Shown: piece by piece, positions 29,407-39,009 of the stretch | Position numbering within the stretch: position 1 is the stretch's first letter | Layout: each line of letters opens with the position of its first letter | Made by a program: the position numbers and the translations under genes | Assembly (NCBI GenBank): GCA_040398005.1 | Contig: JBBAUX010000001.1 | Coordinates: 245,275-309,274 of the forward strand | Length of the DNA: 64,000 nt | Reading direction: 5' to 3' | Source: Opitutales bacterium | Lineage (GTDB): Bacteria > Verrucomicrobiota > Verrucomicrobiia > Opitutales > UBA953 | The notes under the pieces: model-generated | What the model was told of the DNA's origin: nothing | What the model saw: only the letters and a program-made list of their open reading frames with translations | Database searches by the model: none

Positions 29407-30702
29407 ATGCCTACATTTCCGAGAGTTATCTGTATCATTATGGGAGGTGGCCGTGGTTCGCGTCTTTACCCGCTGACCAAGGATCGTTGTAAGCCTGCGG
29501 TAGCCTTAGCAGGTAATTATCGCTTAGTTGATATTCCGATCAGCAATTGTTTAAACTCGGGCTTTAACCAAATTTTCGTCTTAACTCAGTTCAACACCGC
29601 TTCCTTACATAAACACATTCAACAAACCTATAAGTTCGATGGCTTTGCTCGTGGGTTCGTTGATATTTTAGCTGCTGAACAAACGGATGATAGTGAAGCG
29701 TGGTATCAAGGCACCGCCGATGCGGTTCGTCAAAATCTCCATCACTATAATTTAAAAGACGAAGACCTTGTTCTTATTCTTTCCGGTGACCAACTTTACC
29801 GTCTCGATTTCGCGGAATTAGCTAAGCAACACATTGAATCGGCAGCCGATATTACCATCGCCGCCAAAGCGATGCCCGCAGAACAGGTTTCTGCCCTGGG
29901 TGTCATGCGCGTGGGTCCTGACCTGAAAATCAGTGAATTTGTTGAGAAACCTAAAGACCCCGCCGTCATCGAGTCCCTGGTGCTCAAGGGTAACGCTCGT
30001 TCACGTTTATCTGATAAATCCGACCGCAAATACTGTTTAGCCTCGATGGGTATTTATATGTTCTCGGGTAAAGTGATGCGTGAGGCCTTGGCCGATCCTA
30101 AACAAGCCGATTTCGGTAAAGAAGTGATTCCCGGTTTATTAGGTTCGAAGAGAATGATCGGTTACGTTTTCGATGGTTACTGGGAAGACATCGGAACAGT
30201 CGGTTCCTTCTGGGAATGTAATCTAACGCTGACGGAACCGGTTCCTCCGTTCGATTTCTTTGACAGCGAAAATCCTATTTACACTCACGTCAGTTATTTG
30301 CCGACCGCTAAACTGAATGGCTGCCGCGTTAATAAAGCGCTCATGGCAGGCGGAGCCATTGTCGATGACTCGGTGATCAACCGTTCCGTGATTGGTATTC
30401 GTTCCGTGATTCGTGGTGGCTCTACTTTGGAAAACGTCGTCATGATGGGCGCTGACTCTTTTGAGCGTCCACAGGATATTCTGAAGAATCATAATTTAGG
30501 CAGACCCGATATCGGCGTGGGCGCTAACTGCTATATTCGTAATGCCATCATCGATAAAAATGCACGGATTGGTGCAGGTTGTCGTTTGGCGCCGACGGGT
30601 CTTCCTGAGAAATGGGAAACCGACGCACTCTTTGTTCGTGACGGTGTTATCGTTGTTAAAAAAGGCGCTATCGTTCCGCCTGGGACGATTGTGGGCGAAT
30701 GA
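29407..30702 (+). CDS. glgC: Glucose-1-phosphate adenylyltransferase
   Basis: GGGRGSRLYPLT..R.KPAV, WYQGTADAVR, LSGDQLY, FVEKP, YWEDIGT; start moved to 29407. Confidence 0.97.
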   Translation: MPTFPRVICIIMGGGRGSRLYPLTKDRCKPAVALAGNYRLVDIPISNCLNSGFNQIFVLTQFNTASLHKHIQQTYKFDGFARGFVDILAAEQTDDSEAWYQGTADAVRQNLHHYNLKDEDLVLILSGDQLYRLDFAELAKQHIESAADITIAAKAMPAEQVSALGVMRVGPDLKISEFVEKPKDPAVIESLVLKGNARSRLSDKSDRKYCLASMGIYMFSGKVMREALADPKQADFGKEVIPGLLGSKRMIGYVFDGYWEDIGTVGSFWECNLTLTEPVPPFDFFDSENPIYTHVSYLPTAKLNGCRVNKALMAGGAIVDDSVINRSVIGIRSVIRGGSTLENVVMMGADSFERPQDILKNHNLGRPDIGVGANCYIRNAIIDKNARIGAGCRLAPTGLPEKWETDALFVRDGVIVVKKGAIVPPGTIVGE

Positions 30703-31763
30703 TCGCCTTTGCGCGTACCTATTGGTTTACCTGGGGTTTCCTAATCTTCGCTGCACTTTTTACCGGAGTTCACTCCATCAGGGAAGTATTCTTCAGCGGC
30801 GTAATCGCTTCGTTACTCTCAGCGAGTGCCACGCGTGGCTATGAAAAACTAGGATATCGTTACGCTCCGTTATTAGGTGCTGCTCTCGGTATCGTTTGGT
30901 CTTCGTTGATGCTTTTATATTTTCGCTGGTTTGGTTCCGCCGACGACTACGTCATCGAATCCTGGCGGTTTGGTACGACGATGGCCATTCACGCAGCAGG
31001 TTTTGCGGGCGCAGGTTTGTTGACCGCGTTAGTCACCAAAAATTCTTTGGGACGATCTTTTGTCGCAGGAGCTATTTTGTCCTGTGTCATGACCGCTGTA
31101 CCTTATGGGTTCATTGCGTGGGTGGATGCACGACTCGCTGGCCCGATTGAAATCATTGCACTCGTTTCCGCTGACGTCGCACCTAACGAAGTTCCCGCGC
31201 GTCGAACGGGCATCCAAGTTGCCAAAATATCCGACGAGGAAATTACTTTATTAAGACAGAAATGGCTGGTTACTAAAGGTGTCAGCGAATTTGAAGTCAT
31301 CGACGAACAGGGCCGTCGTTATTGGCCATTATGGCGTAAAACTTTTGTCTACCCGGGTAATCCCAGTCAGGTAATTCGACGCGTCTTTGTTTTGATTCCG
31401 CCCGATTTATCGGAAACGGCTACCTGGAATATACCCTTAACCTCCGATCCACGCGGCGTGAGTATTGTGCAGTTAAATAATCGGCCAGGTTTTAGTGTAC
31501 TATGTCCGTCGCCGATTAAGAATATTAGGTGTGAGTTTATCATTAATACTTCCAAAGATTCTTCCAATATCGAAACACTGGGAAGCACCGCTACGATTAA
31601 GATTAAACGTCTTTCACCCATTGGAGATTTTTATGCACCCGATCCCGTGAAGTCGGACCTCGCCCTACAGTTTCCGCCACTCATCGATAAGGCTGACGAA
31701 AAAATTCAGCCTGATTTAAAGACAAAAAAACGCCCCAGCTTTGACGACAAAGTGGGGCAGTGA
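30699..31763 (+). CDS. Hypothetical membrane protein (N-terminal TM bundle plus soluble domain)
   Basis: 354-aa ORF with an ATGA overlap on glgC; no family recognised. Confidence 0.75.
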   Translation: MIAFARTYWFTWGFLIFAALFTGVHSIREVFFSGVIASLLSASATRGYEKLGYRYAPLLGAALGIVWSSLMLLYFRWFGSADDYVIESWRFGTTMAIHAAGFAGAGLLTALVTKNSLGRSFVAGAILSCVMTAVPYGFIAWVDARLAGPIEIIALVSADVAPNEVPARRTGIQVAKISDEEITLLRQKWLVTKGVSEFEVIDEQGRRYWPLWRKTFVYPGNPSQVIRRVFVLIPPDLSETATWNIPLTSDPRGVSIVQLNNRPGFSVLCPSPIKNIRCEFIINTSKDSSNIETLGSTATIKIKRLSPIGDFYAPDPVKSDLALQFPPLIDKADEKIQPDLKTKKRPSFDDKVGQ

Positions 31764-31770
31764 TTTTTTA
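31724..31770. terminator. Hairpin terminator, probably for ilvE, overlapping the 3' end of the opposite gene
   Basis: A7-CGCCCCAGCTTTG-ACGA-CAAAGTGGGGC...T-run. Confidence 0.65.
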
Positions 31771-31781
31771 TTGAGTAATCT

Positions 31782-32651
31782 TTAGTTAATCATTGTGCCT
31801 TCTTTCGAAGCTTTCTTACGGAACTCAGTAAGAATCTTGGCAGTGAGCGGGCCGGGTTTTCCGGTTCCAATCACGCGAGCATCGACCTCGATAACAGGAA
31901 TAACTTCGGCTGCGGTGCCAGTAAGGAAGCATTCATCGGCATTCCAGACATCGTAACGAGTGATGTTGGTTTCAACGACTGGGATGTTAAGGGTTTGAGC
32001 GACTTCGATGGCTACTTGACGGGTGATTCCAACCAGCGCGCCAGCGTAGGATGCGGGGGTGATGAGTTTGCCTTTGTGAATTAAGAAAACGTTATCACCG
32101 GTGCATTCGGAGACATAACCTTGTTCATTGAGCATGAGGCACTCATGGAAGCCGTGTTGTTGCGCTTCCATCTTCGCTAAAATATTATTCAGGTAGTTCA
32201 GCGACTTGATCATCGGTGGCAACGCTGCGGGACTGACGCGGCGAGTGGGGGCCGTGATGATTTTCATACCCGTGGTATATAATTCCTCGGGGTAAAGTTT
32301 GATGCTATCAGCGATACAAATGATGGAAGGCGTTGGACAATTTTTAGGAGAGAGACCCAGGTCACCGAAGCCACGTGAAACCACGAGACGGATATAACCA
32401 TCGGTCAGTTTGTTACGACGGCAGCTCTCGCAAACGATGTCGGAGATTTCTTTGCGCGTCCAAGGCATGTTTAAGCACAGAGCCTTGGCGGACATCTCGA
32501 GTCGCTCGAGGTGTTCTTCTAAACGAAAAACGCAGCCCTTGTAGAGACGGATACCTTCGAAGATGCCGTCGCCATAGAGGAATCCGTGATCGAAGACAGA
32601 GATTTTGGCTTCAGCTTTAGGATAAAATTTTCCGTCGATATAAACTTCCAT
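31782..32651 (-). CDS. ilvE: Branched-chain amino acid aminotransferase
   Basis: DHGFLYGDGIFEG, KSLNYLNN, ECTGDN, GITR, FLTGTAAE; start moved to 32651. Confidence 0.96.
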   Translation of the reverse strand: MEVYIDGKFYPKAEAKISVFDHGFLYGDGIFEGIRLYKGCVFRLEEHLERLEMSAKALCLNMPWTRKEISDIVCESCRRNKLTDGYIRLVVSRGFGDLGLSPKNCPTPSIICIADSIKLYPEELYTTGMKIITAPTRRVSPAALPPMIKSLNYLNNILAKMEAQQHGFHECLMLNEQGYVSECTGDNVFLIHKGKLITPASYAGALVGITRQVAIEVAQTLNIPVVETNITRYDVWNADECFLTGTAAEVIPVIEVDARVIGTGKPGPLTAKILTEFRKKASKEGTMIN

Positions 32652-32743
32652 CGTAGTAGCGCGAAGATTGGGCAAGATTGCGGAGTATTTCCAGCCCGAA
32701 GCAGAGAAAATAGATAAATTAGGTCCTTTTGGTCTAAAAAAAC

Positions 32744-33976
32744 TTAAACTACGCAGGCCGTAAGGCGGAATTTACCCGAATCTTCTGGGGTAATGAGCGA
32801 AACAAAGGATGTATTTACCGAACTACCCAGCAGTTTCTCGAGCCTTGTTGTCACCGTGGTGGCCACTTCGTTGTCGGGTGAATCAGGATTCTCAGGCAAC
32901 AGAAGCACTTCGGCTTTACCGTCGCTGGATTGCCGGACTTGGTAATGACAAATATTTTTAATATCACTAAAAACTTCATCCACCTGGCGGGTGCTCATCA
33001 GATTATTTTTACTATCCCTCAACGCATCACGCTTTCTTCCGTGAATACGGTATCCCTGGGCGGTCGCTTCGGCTAAATCGCCAATCTCATAACGAATTAA
33101 GGGTAGGTAAGGATTAGTGCGCGTCGTCACCAAAAGTTCTCCTATCCCTTGAGCATTAGCGTCGACGAGTTCGAGGTGGGCCGTTTCGGGACTGGGCACA
33201 AGTTCATCGCTACCATTTTGGATGAGTAGGTGTCCGGTTTCGCTCGATCCGTATAAATTAATCACGGGAACGCCGAACACGCGTTCCATAATGCGACGAT
33301 GAATCACGCTCGTGTATTCATAGCTGGAAATAATAAAACGCAGGGAAGGAAACTGAATTTTATTTCGTTCACAATAGAGGGCGAACCACATTCCGTGGAC
33401 GGGATCGACATCAAGAAAATCGGGCTCCCACTGCCTGGTTTCACTCGCCATGATTTCGATTTTATCTTCGGGAATACTGAAAGGGATGCGCGATTGGTTG
33501 ACGTAGAGTGTCTGACCGATGATGCGTTGTTCGAAATTTAACCAGCGTGCGAAACAACTCACGCCGCTACAGCCAGGCGTCGTTAAAACCGCGCGCTTCA
33601 AAGTGCCTTTCTCGCGGATGAGTTGTTTGATTAAATCATTGTGTTGAAAGGCTTTGGCTTCTTGTTCGGCCCACCATGCGATTCCGAAGATGACACGTAC
33701 GCTAGCGCCTGACGTTCCTGAGGTACTTTCTTCTTCAATGATACCTTGGTCAGCCAGATCTTTTAAATTAAAACGCTCGGGGAGTAAATCCTGCGGGGAG
33801 TGCTGACGCAGCTCCGCTTTAGTTAATCGAGGTAACGCAGTCCAATGTTCGGGATTTTTACCGATCGCCTCTTTCCAGTCGCTGCGAGCGTAGAAGGGCA
33901 CATAACGTGTTTGCGCGATTACCGCGTCAATCGCCTTGGATTGATTAAGTCGTAAATGCGTGCTCGGCGAAATCAT
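32744..33976 (-). CDS. PaaK-like (phenylacetate-CoA ligase family) adenylate-forming enzyme
   Basis: VPFY, LPRLTK, STSGTSG, YGSSETG, PLIRYEIGD, GRKRD, SGKFR. Confidence 0.82.
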   Translation of the reverse strand: MISPSTHLRLNQSKAIDAVIAQTRYVPFYARSDWKEAIGKNPEHWTALPRLTKAELRQHSPQDLLPERFNLKDLADQGIIEEESTSGTSGASVRVIFGIAWWAEQEAKAFQHNDLIKQLIREKGTLKRAVLTTPGCSGVSCFARWLNFEQRIIGQTLYVNQSRIPFSIPEDKIEIMASETRQWEPDFLDVDPVHGMWFALYCERNKIQFPSLRFIISSYEYTSVIHRRIMERVFGVPVINLYGSSETGHLLIQNGSDELVPSPETAHLELVDANAQGIGELLVTTRTNPYLPLIRYEIGDLAEATAQGYRIHGRKRDALRDSKNNLMSTRQVDEVFSDIKNICHYQVRQSSDGKAEVLLLPENPDSPDNEVATTVTTRLEKLLGSSVNTSFVSLITPEDSGKFRLTACVV

Positions 33977-34096
33977 GCTTCTCTCTTGAGTGCTAATCTA
34001 AAAGACCACTTTTCGCAAGCAGTGGTAAGTAAATCATCAATTTAGTGACTTTCTGTTGTAGTAAGCATCAATCGGTGTATGCTGTAGGATACTTTT

Positions 34097-34675
34097 ATGT
34101 TAAATCGGTCCGATCATGCTACTTTGCCTAACCTCATTCTTGCGGGAATGATGGGCACGGGGAAGTCTGCGTTAGGTCGCCAGCTAGCCCATCGTTGGCA
34201 AAGATCGTTTATTGATACCGACGATCTCGTTGAGAAATTAGGCGGGGCGAGTATCGGCGATATTTTTGCTCAACAGGGTGAAGAACATTTCCGTGCTTTA
34301 GAACGCAAGGTGATTGAAGAACTCATTCCAATATCGGGTGCTATCATCGCCTGTGGTGGGGGATTGGTTGTTCCGGATGGCATGGCCGAACTCGTCAAAA
34401 CGAAAGGGGTGGTCATCACCCTTTTTGCTTCTGTAGATACCATCATCCGTCGCACCGCCAACACTTCGCGCCGTCCACTTTTAAAAGGTGATGATCCCGA
34501 AGTTAAGATTCGCGAACTGATGAAAAAGCGTGAAAAAGCTTACATGAGTGCGGGCATTGCCGTTTATACCGACGGTCGCACGGTCCAGCAACTATGCCTT
34601 AATATTGAACGCGTTTATGAGCGTGAAGTGTTTCGTATTAAGCAAGACGCTGCCCGGAAATTAAAAGAGGATTAA
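34097..34675 (+). CDS. aroK: Shikimate kinase
   Basis: GMMGTGKS, FIDTD, GEEHFRALE, CGGG, RPLL. Confidence 0.96.
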   Translation: MLNRSDHATLPNLILAGMMGTGKSALGRQLAHRWQRSFIDTDDLVEKLGGASIGDIFAQQGEEHFRALERKVIEELIPISGAIIACGGGLVVPDGMAELVKTKGVVITLFASVDTIIRRTANTSRRPLLKGDDPEVKIRELMKKREKAYMSAGIAVYTDGRTVQQLCLNIERVYEREVFRIKQDAARKLKED

Positions 34676-35330
34676 CCCACGGCTGTCCGTCGGGCTTTAT
34701 TTCTTTTTGAACTTTTATCACCTCGAGAAATAAACTGCGTTCAACGCGCGCTGCCCCGAGACTCGCCAAATGAGGGGTGGGCACTTGGCAGTCGATCAAC
34801 GAAAAATTACAGCTGATCAGTCGATGCATGAGGGTGACGAAGCCAACCTTAGAGGCGTCGGTCTTATGATGAAACATGGATTCGCCGTGGAAAACTCTTC
34901 CCAGTGCCATGCCGTAGAGTCCGCCGACTAATTCGTCTTCCCAGTAAACTTCCACGCTGTGTGCATAGCCCATTTGATGGAGCTTAACGTAAGCCTCGAT
35001 CATTTCCTCGCTAATCCAGGTGCCATCTTGGCCTGGACGATAAGCCGCCGCGCACTCACGCATCACTCGTTCGAAGTCTTGATCAATCGTCACCCTCCAT
35101 TCTTTCTTCCGCATTACTTTTTTTAAACTATCGGTCACGCGAAGTTCGGAAGGTATTAACACGAACCGGGGGTCAGGGCACCACCACTTGACGGGCTGAC
35201 CTTCATTGAACCACGGAAAAATTCCGTGATTATAGGCACAGAGAATTAACTCGGGATCTAACGAACCACCGATATGGATCGCCGATGTTCCCGAGGCAGT
35301 TGCTGGATTAGCAAAGGGCCACTTAAGCAT
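34638..35330 (-). CDS. aat: Leucyl/phenylalanyl-tRNA-protein transferase
   Basis: AYNHGIFPW, WWCPDPR, GTWI, AHSVEV, GESMF, DASK, DCQ. Confidence 0.96.
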   Translation of the reverse strand: MLKWPFANPATASGTSAIHIGGSLDPELILCAYNHGIFPWFNEGQPVKWWCPDPRFVLIPSELRVTDSLKKVMRKKEWRVTIDQDFERVMRECAAAYRPGQDGTWISEEMIEAYVKLHQMGYAHSVEVYWEDELVGGLYGMALGRVFHGESMFHHKTDASKVGFVTLMHRLISCNFSLIDCQVPTPHLASLGAARVERSLFLEVIKVQKEIKPDGQPWVNPLLISGQRLA

Positions 35331-35365
35331 TCCGTCAGACTAGTGACGGGAGCTTTTTTGGCAAG

Positions 35366-35701
35366 TTACCCCTTAGTGATATTGTAGACCGAAGGAATCG
35401 AGATACCGAGCTCAACCGCAATTTCCTTAACATCTAAGCCCTTTTTACGTAAGTTCTTAGCTTTAACACGGGTCGATTCGTTGATAACAGCACGGGCACG
35501 GTTGGAGCGAGAAAGTAACTTGACCAAGCGGCGAGTGAGTTCGTTTTTGGACAGCGCAGCTACTTCTTTCTCGATACTCTTCGAGCGATCAGAAAATTCT
35601 TCATCCCAAGCTTGGTGTGCCGCGTTGCGTGCGCTCTCAAGTACTACACGAACAAACTGCTCTTTGGAGTTAAAGTCAGAAGGATTGAGGTCTATTTTCA
35701 T
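35366..35701 (-). CDS. Small hypothetical protein with a C-terminal HTH
   Basis: LRKKGLDVKEIAVELGISIPSVYNI helix-turn-helix. Confidence 0.8.
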   Translation of the reverse strand: MKIDLNPSDFNSKEQFVRVVLESARNAAHQAWDEEFSDRSKSIEKEVAALSKNELTRRLVKLLSRSNRARAVINESTRVKAKNLRKKGLDVKEIAVELGISIPSVYNITKG

Positions 35702-35702
35702 T

Positions 35703-35814
35703 TTGTTATAATTTTAACAAGTTATTATAATTTAAGGGATGTCAAACTTGGGTTTATGAAAAGTATTCCTTAGGAATACATCCTATAGTATAAAACTAGT
35801 TAGTGATAATACAA
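35703..35814 (-). promoter_or_regulatory. Promoter/operator region of the HTH gene
   Basis: Minus-strand TTGTAT(35814-35809)-16 bp-TATACT(35792-35787); perfect palindrome GTATTCCT-T-AGGAATAC (35763-35779); near-palindrome TTGTTATAATTTTAACAA (35703-35720). Confidence 0.65.
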
Positions 35815-35862
35815 GCAATCGCCCGCAATGTTCCATTAATTTACTCTAATTGAGGGGTAAAA

Positions 35863-36843
35863 CTACTTTTTACTCCATTCAAGCATACGTTGAAGGGGGA
35901 TTTCTGCCGCTGCTCGAATTTTTTCATCTAAAATAATTTCAGGTTTTCCGCTGATTAGGCAGTCACGAACCTTCTCCAAGGTATTCATTTTCATGAAGCG
36001 ACAGTCATTGCACGAACAACGATCCGTCGGTGCAGCGATAAAAGTCTTATGGGGAACTTCTCGGCGTAGTCGGTGAATCATACCAGATTCCGTAGTAATG
36101 ATCAGGGTATCGGCTGTTTGTTTTTTGCACCAATCCACCATGAGCTCGGTCGAACAAACCATATCAGCAATATCACGCACCGCTTCGGTGCATTCAGGAT
36201 GCGCCACGACCGGTGCATTGGGATGCTCGGCTTTGGCACGAAGTAAGGCAGCGGGTGTAAACTGAACGTGTGCGTAGCAATTGCCTGGCCATAATTGCAT
36301 CGCGCGACCGGTTTTACTAGAGACCCAGCTTCCTAAATTTTGATCGGGTACAAAAAGAATCGGACGGTCCGCTGGAACTTGTTCTACAATTTTACTCGCG
36401 TTACCACTCGTCACAATTACATCGCTCAGAGCTTTAACGGCCGCACTGCAATTAATGTAAGCGACGACATAAAGATTAGGTTGTGCTGCTTTGACCGCTG
36501 CTAATTTTTCGGCCGAACACGAATCTGCTAAGGAACAGCCCGCATCCATGTCGGGTAATAAAACGCGTCGCGTTGGATTCACGATTTTGGCCGTTTCGGC
36601 CATAAAATGCACTCCGCAGAAGACGATCGTCGAATTTTTCGCGGCCGCTGCTTTGTAGGCTAAACCCAACGAGTCCCCCACATAATCAGCGACGACTTGA
36701 ATGTCTTCGCACTGATAATTATGGGCGAGGATGATGGCGTCTTTTTCTTTTTTTAATTTTAAGACTTCGCGTTGTAATTCTGTTTGGATGTTTCCGCCTT
36801 GTGGGAGTGGGGGAAAAACGCTGCCGGTGGGAAAGGATTTCAT
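35863..36843 (-). CDS. nadA: Quinolinate synthase
   Basis: ILAHNYQ, GDSL, FCGVHFMAE, AGCSLA, YINCSA, HPEC, CxxMK; start 36843 gives an ATGA overlap with the Fur-family gene. Confidence 0.97.
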   Translation of the reverse strand: MKSFPTGSVFPPLPQGGNIQTELQREVLKLKKEKDAIILAHNYQCEDIQVVADYVGDSLGLAYKAAAAKNSTIVFCGVHFMAETAKIVNPTRRVLLPDMDAGCSLADSCSAEKLAAVKAAQPNLYVVAYINCSAAVKALSDVIVTSGNASKIVEQVPADRPILFVPDQNLGSWVSSKTGRAMQLWPGNCYAHVQFTPAALLRAKAEHPNAPVVAHPECTEAVRDIADMVCSTELMVDWCKKQTADTLIITTESGMIHRLRREVPHKTFIAAPTDRCSCNDCRFMKMNTLEKVRDCLISGKPEIILDEKIRAAAEIPLQRMLEWSKK

Positions 36844-37313
36844 GAGCGAGAAGATTTTCTTTTTTGGCAAGATTCGCAGAGTGCGTTCACTTGGAGTTTT
36901 TGGGAAATAGGTTTCATGCCATGCTTCGCCGCCACCGCTTTACCATACCACTCCATAAAGGGTGCTTCGACTTCTAAAATCGTCTCGCAGCTTTCGCAGA
37001 TTAATTGTGCACGAAAATTGGCACCGCCGGTTTCGGTTAAATAATATTTGTGATCGCGGCCGACATCGACTTCGCGAATGACGTTGCTTCCGATGAGTAA
37101 GGGAAGGGCGCGGTAAATCGTCGCTCGCGAAACGGTCCGATCAATCGAGCGTGCTTTTTTTAATAATTCCTCGGCGGTGTAGTGACCCGTTAGGCTTCTC
37201 GCCGCATCAAAAACGGCCATTCTCTGGCGGGTCCCACGCAAGCCCTTATCGGCAATGTAAGCCCGGAAGGCGTTAGATTGCTCGACGGAATCGCTGGTGG
37301 GGGACTTAGGCAT
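36840..37313 (-). CDS. Fur-family regulator lacking the HHxH motif
   Basis: GLRGTRQR, HYTAEEL, SRATIYRAL, two CxxC motifs; start moved to 37313. Confidence 0.9.
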   Translation of the reverse strand: MPKSPTSDSVEQSNAFRAYIADKGLRGTRQRMAVFDAARSLTGHYTAEELLKKARSIDRTVSRATIYRALPLLIGSNVIREVDVGRDHKYYLTETGGANFRAQLICESCETILEVEAPFMEWYGKAVAAKHGMKPISQKLQVNALCESCQKRKSSRS

Positions 37314-37430
37314 GCTGACTTGAGACACTTTTGATACTAAAAGCCGATTCGTCAACATGGGACGATTCATTGACATAAGGCTTGAGGTATCGTTGATTTA
37401 ACCCCTTTTTCATTAAGAAAGAACATTCCT

Positions 37431-38501
37431 ATGTTCCACAATACGGACGATTTACGCATTCGCAGCCGCCTCCCTTTGCTGCCCCCCGCAACCTTATTAC
37501 AGGAATTGCGCCCGACGGAACATGCCACCGAGGTGGTAGCCAGCGCCCGCAAAGATATCTCCTCGATTTTATCGGGTAAGGATGACCGCCTTGTTGTCAT
37601 CGTCGGACCTTGCTCCGTGCACGACCCCAAGGCCGCTATGCAGTATGCGGAGCTTTTACTGAAAGAGTCCAACAAGTATAGCCAAGAACTCTTAATCGTG
37701 ATGCGTGTTTATTTCGAAAAACCACGTACCACCGTCGGCTGGAAGGGTTTAATCAATGACCCCGAAATCGACGGTTCATTCAAAATCAACGACGGCCTTC
37801 GTTTAGCTCGCAGAGTTTTATCCGATATCGCCAACCTCGGCCTGTCTTCAGCGAGCGAATTTCTCGATCCCATCACTCCTCAGTACTTAGCTGACTTAGT
37901 TGCCTACGGTGCCATCGGCGCTCGCACTACCGAAAGTCAAATCCACCGTGAACTGGCCTCAGGTCTCTCCATGCCGGTTGGATTTAAAAACGGAACCGAT
38001 GGTTCTATCCAGGTCGCCGTCGACGCTTGTTTGTCTGCTCGTTCGTCTCACTGGTTCCCCTCCGTCACCAAAGAGGGTGCTGTCGCTATTTTTGAAACTT
38101 CAGGAAACCCCGATGCCCATTTGATTTTACGCGGTGGCTCACGTACGGGTCCGAACTACGGTTCCGAATTTGTGACCGATGCGGAAACACGTTTACAGAA
38201 GGCTGGAATCACTACACGCATCGTCATTGATTGCTCCCATGGTAACAGCTCAAAGGATCACCGTCGCCAATCGGTCGTCGCTGCCGATATCGCTGAACAG
38301 GTTTCACGTGGTAGTAAAATTATTGGTGGAGTGATGATTGAAAGTCACCTCGTCGAAGGTCGCCAAGATTGGAAAGGTCGCGACGCTTCTGCTTACGGCT
38401 GCAGTATTACCGATGCTTGTATTTCTTTTGAGCAAACCTTGCCCATCCTCGAACAACTTTCAAATGCCGTTCGACATCGCCGCGCTTTAGTTAAAGTCTA
38501 A
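37431..38501 (+). CDS. DAHP synthase, class I (AroG/F/H type)
   Basis: GPCSVHD, RVYFEKPRTTVGWKGLINDP, IGARTTESQ, GFKNGT, DCSHGNS, SITDAC. Confidence 0.97.
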   Translation: MFHNTDDLRIRSRLPLLPPATLLQELRPTEHATEVVASARKDISSILSGKDDRLVVIVGPCSVHDPKAAMQYAELLLKESNKYSQELLIVMRVYFEKPRTTVGWKGLINDPEIDGSFKINDGLRLARRVLSDIANLGLSSASEFLDPITPQYLADLVAYGAIGARTTESQIHRELASGLSMPVGFKNGTDGSIQVAVDACLSARSSHWFPSVTKEGAVAIFETSGNPDAHLILRGGSRTGPNYGSEFVTDAETRLQKAGITTRIVIDCSHGNSSKDHRRQSVVAADIAEQVSRGSKIIGGVMIESHLVEGRQDWKGRDASAYGCSITDACISFEQTLPILEQLSNAVRHRRALVKV

Positions 38502-38516
38502 TTTCTCGTCACCACC

Positions 38517-38999
38517 ATGAACAACGTCCTAAAATTACTCCTCGAGGGAGAACCTCTCGACACGGCACAAATCGGAAAGATTTTGAATCTCGGTCAAGCA
38601 GCCGTGGAGTCGCAGTTGGCTGAGTTGCGCAAGCAGGGCGTCCTTCTCGGATGGCGCGCTGTCCTCAATCCTAGTTTCGAAGCGGAACGTCGCGTGCGTG
38701 CCGTGATTGAAATTAAAATCCAAACTCAAGGTACCGGTGGATTCGATGGAATCGCCGAACGCATTAGCCAATTTGAACAAGTGGAAAGCTGTTACCTCAT
38801 GTCGGGTGGCTACGATTTACTCGTCGTGGTGACGGCGGATAATCTCTACAAAGTGGCCGGATTTGTGCATGAACGCCTCGCTCGAATCGACGGCGTGCAG
38901 GGCACCTCAACGCACTTCTTCTTACGTGCTTATAAAAAAGATGGCTTCGTTATTACGGATAGCGGCGCCCATCGCGATCAACCCTCCGTCAGTCCCTAA
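38517..38999 (+). CDS. Lrp/AsnC-family regulator
   Basis: N-terminal HTH; VESCYLMSGGYDL, TSTHFFLRAYK. Confidence 0.92.
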   Translation: MNNVLKLLLEGEPLDTAQIGKILNLGQAAVESQLAELRKQGVLLGWRAVLNPSFEAERRVRAVIEIKIQTQGTGGFDGIAERISQFEQVESCYLMSGGYDLLVVVTADNLYKVAGFVHERLARIDGVQGTSTHFFLRAYKKDGFVITDSGAHRDQPSVSP

Positions 39000-39009
39000 T
39001 CTTTAACCT

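Noticed and set aside
38299..38316. parS-like CACGTG cores (also about 32372 and 58745)
   Set aside because: Four or more mismatches to TGTTNCACGTGAAACA and all lie within coding sequence.
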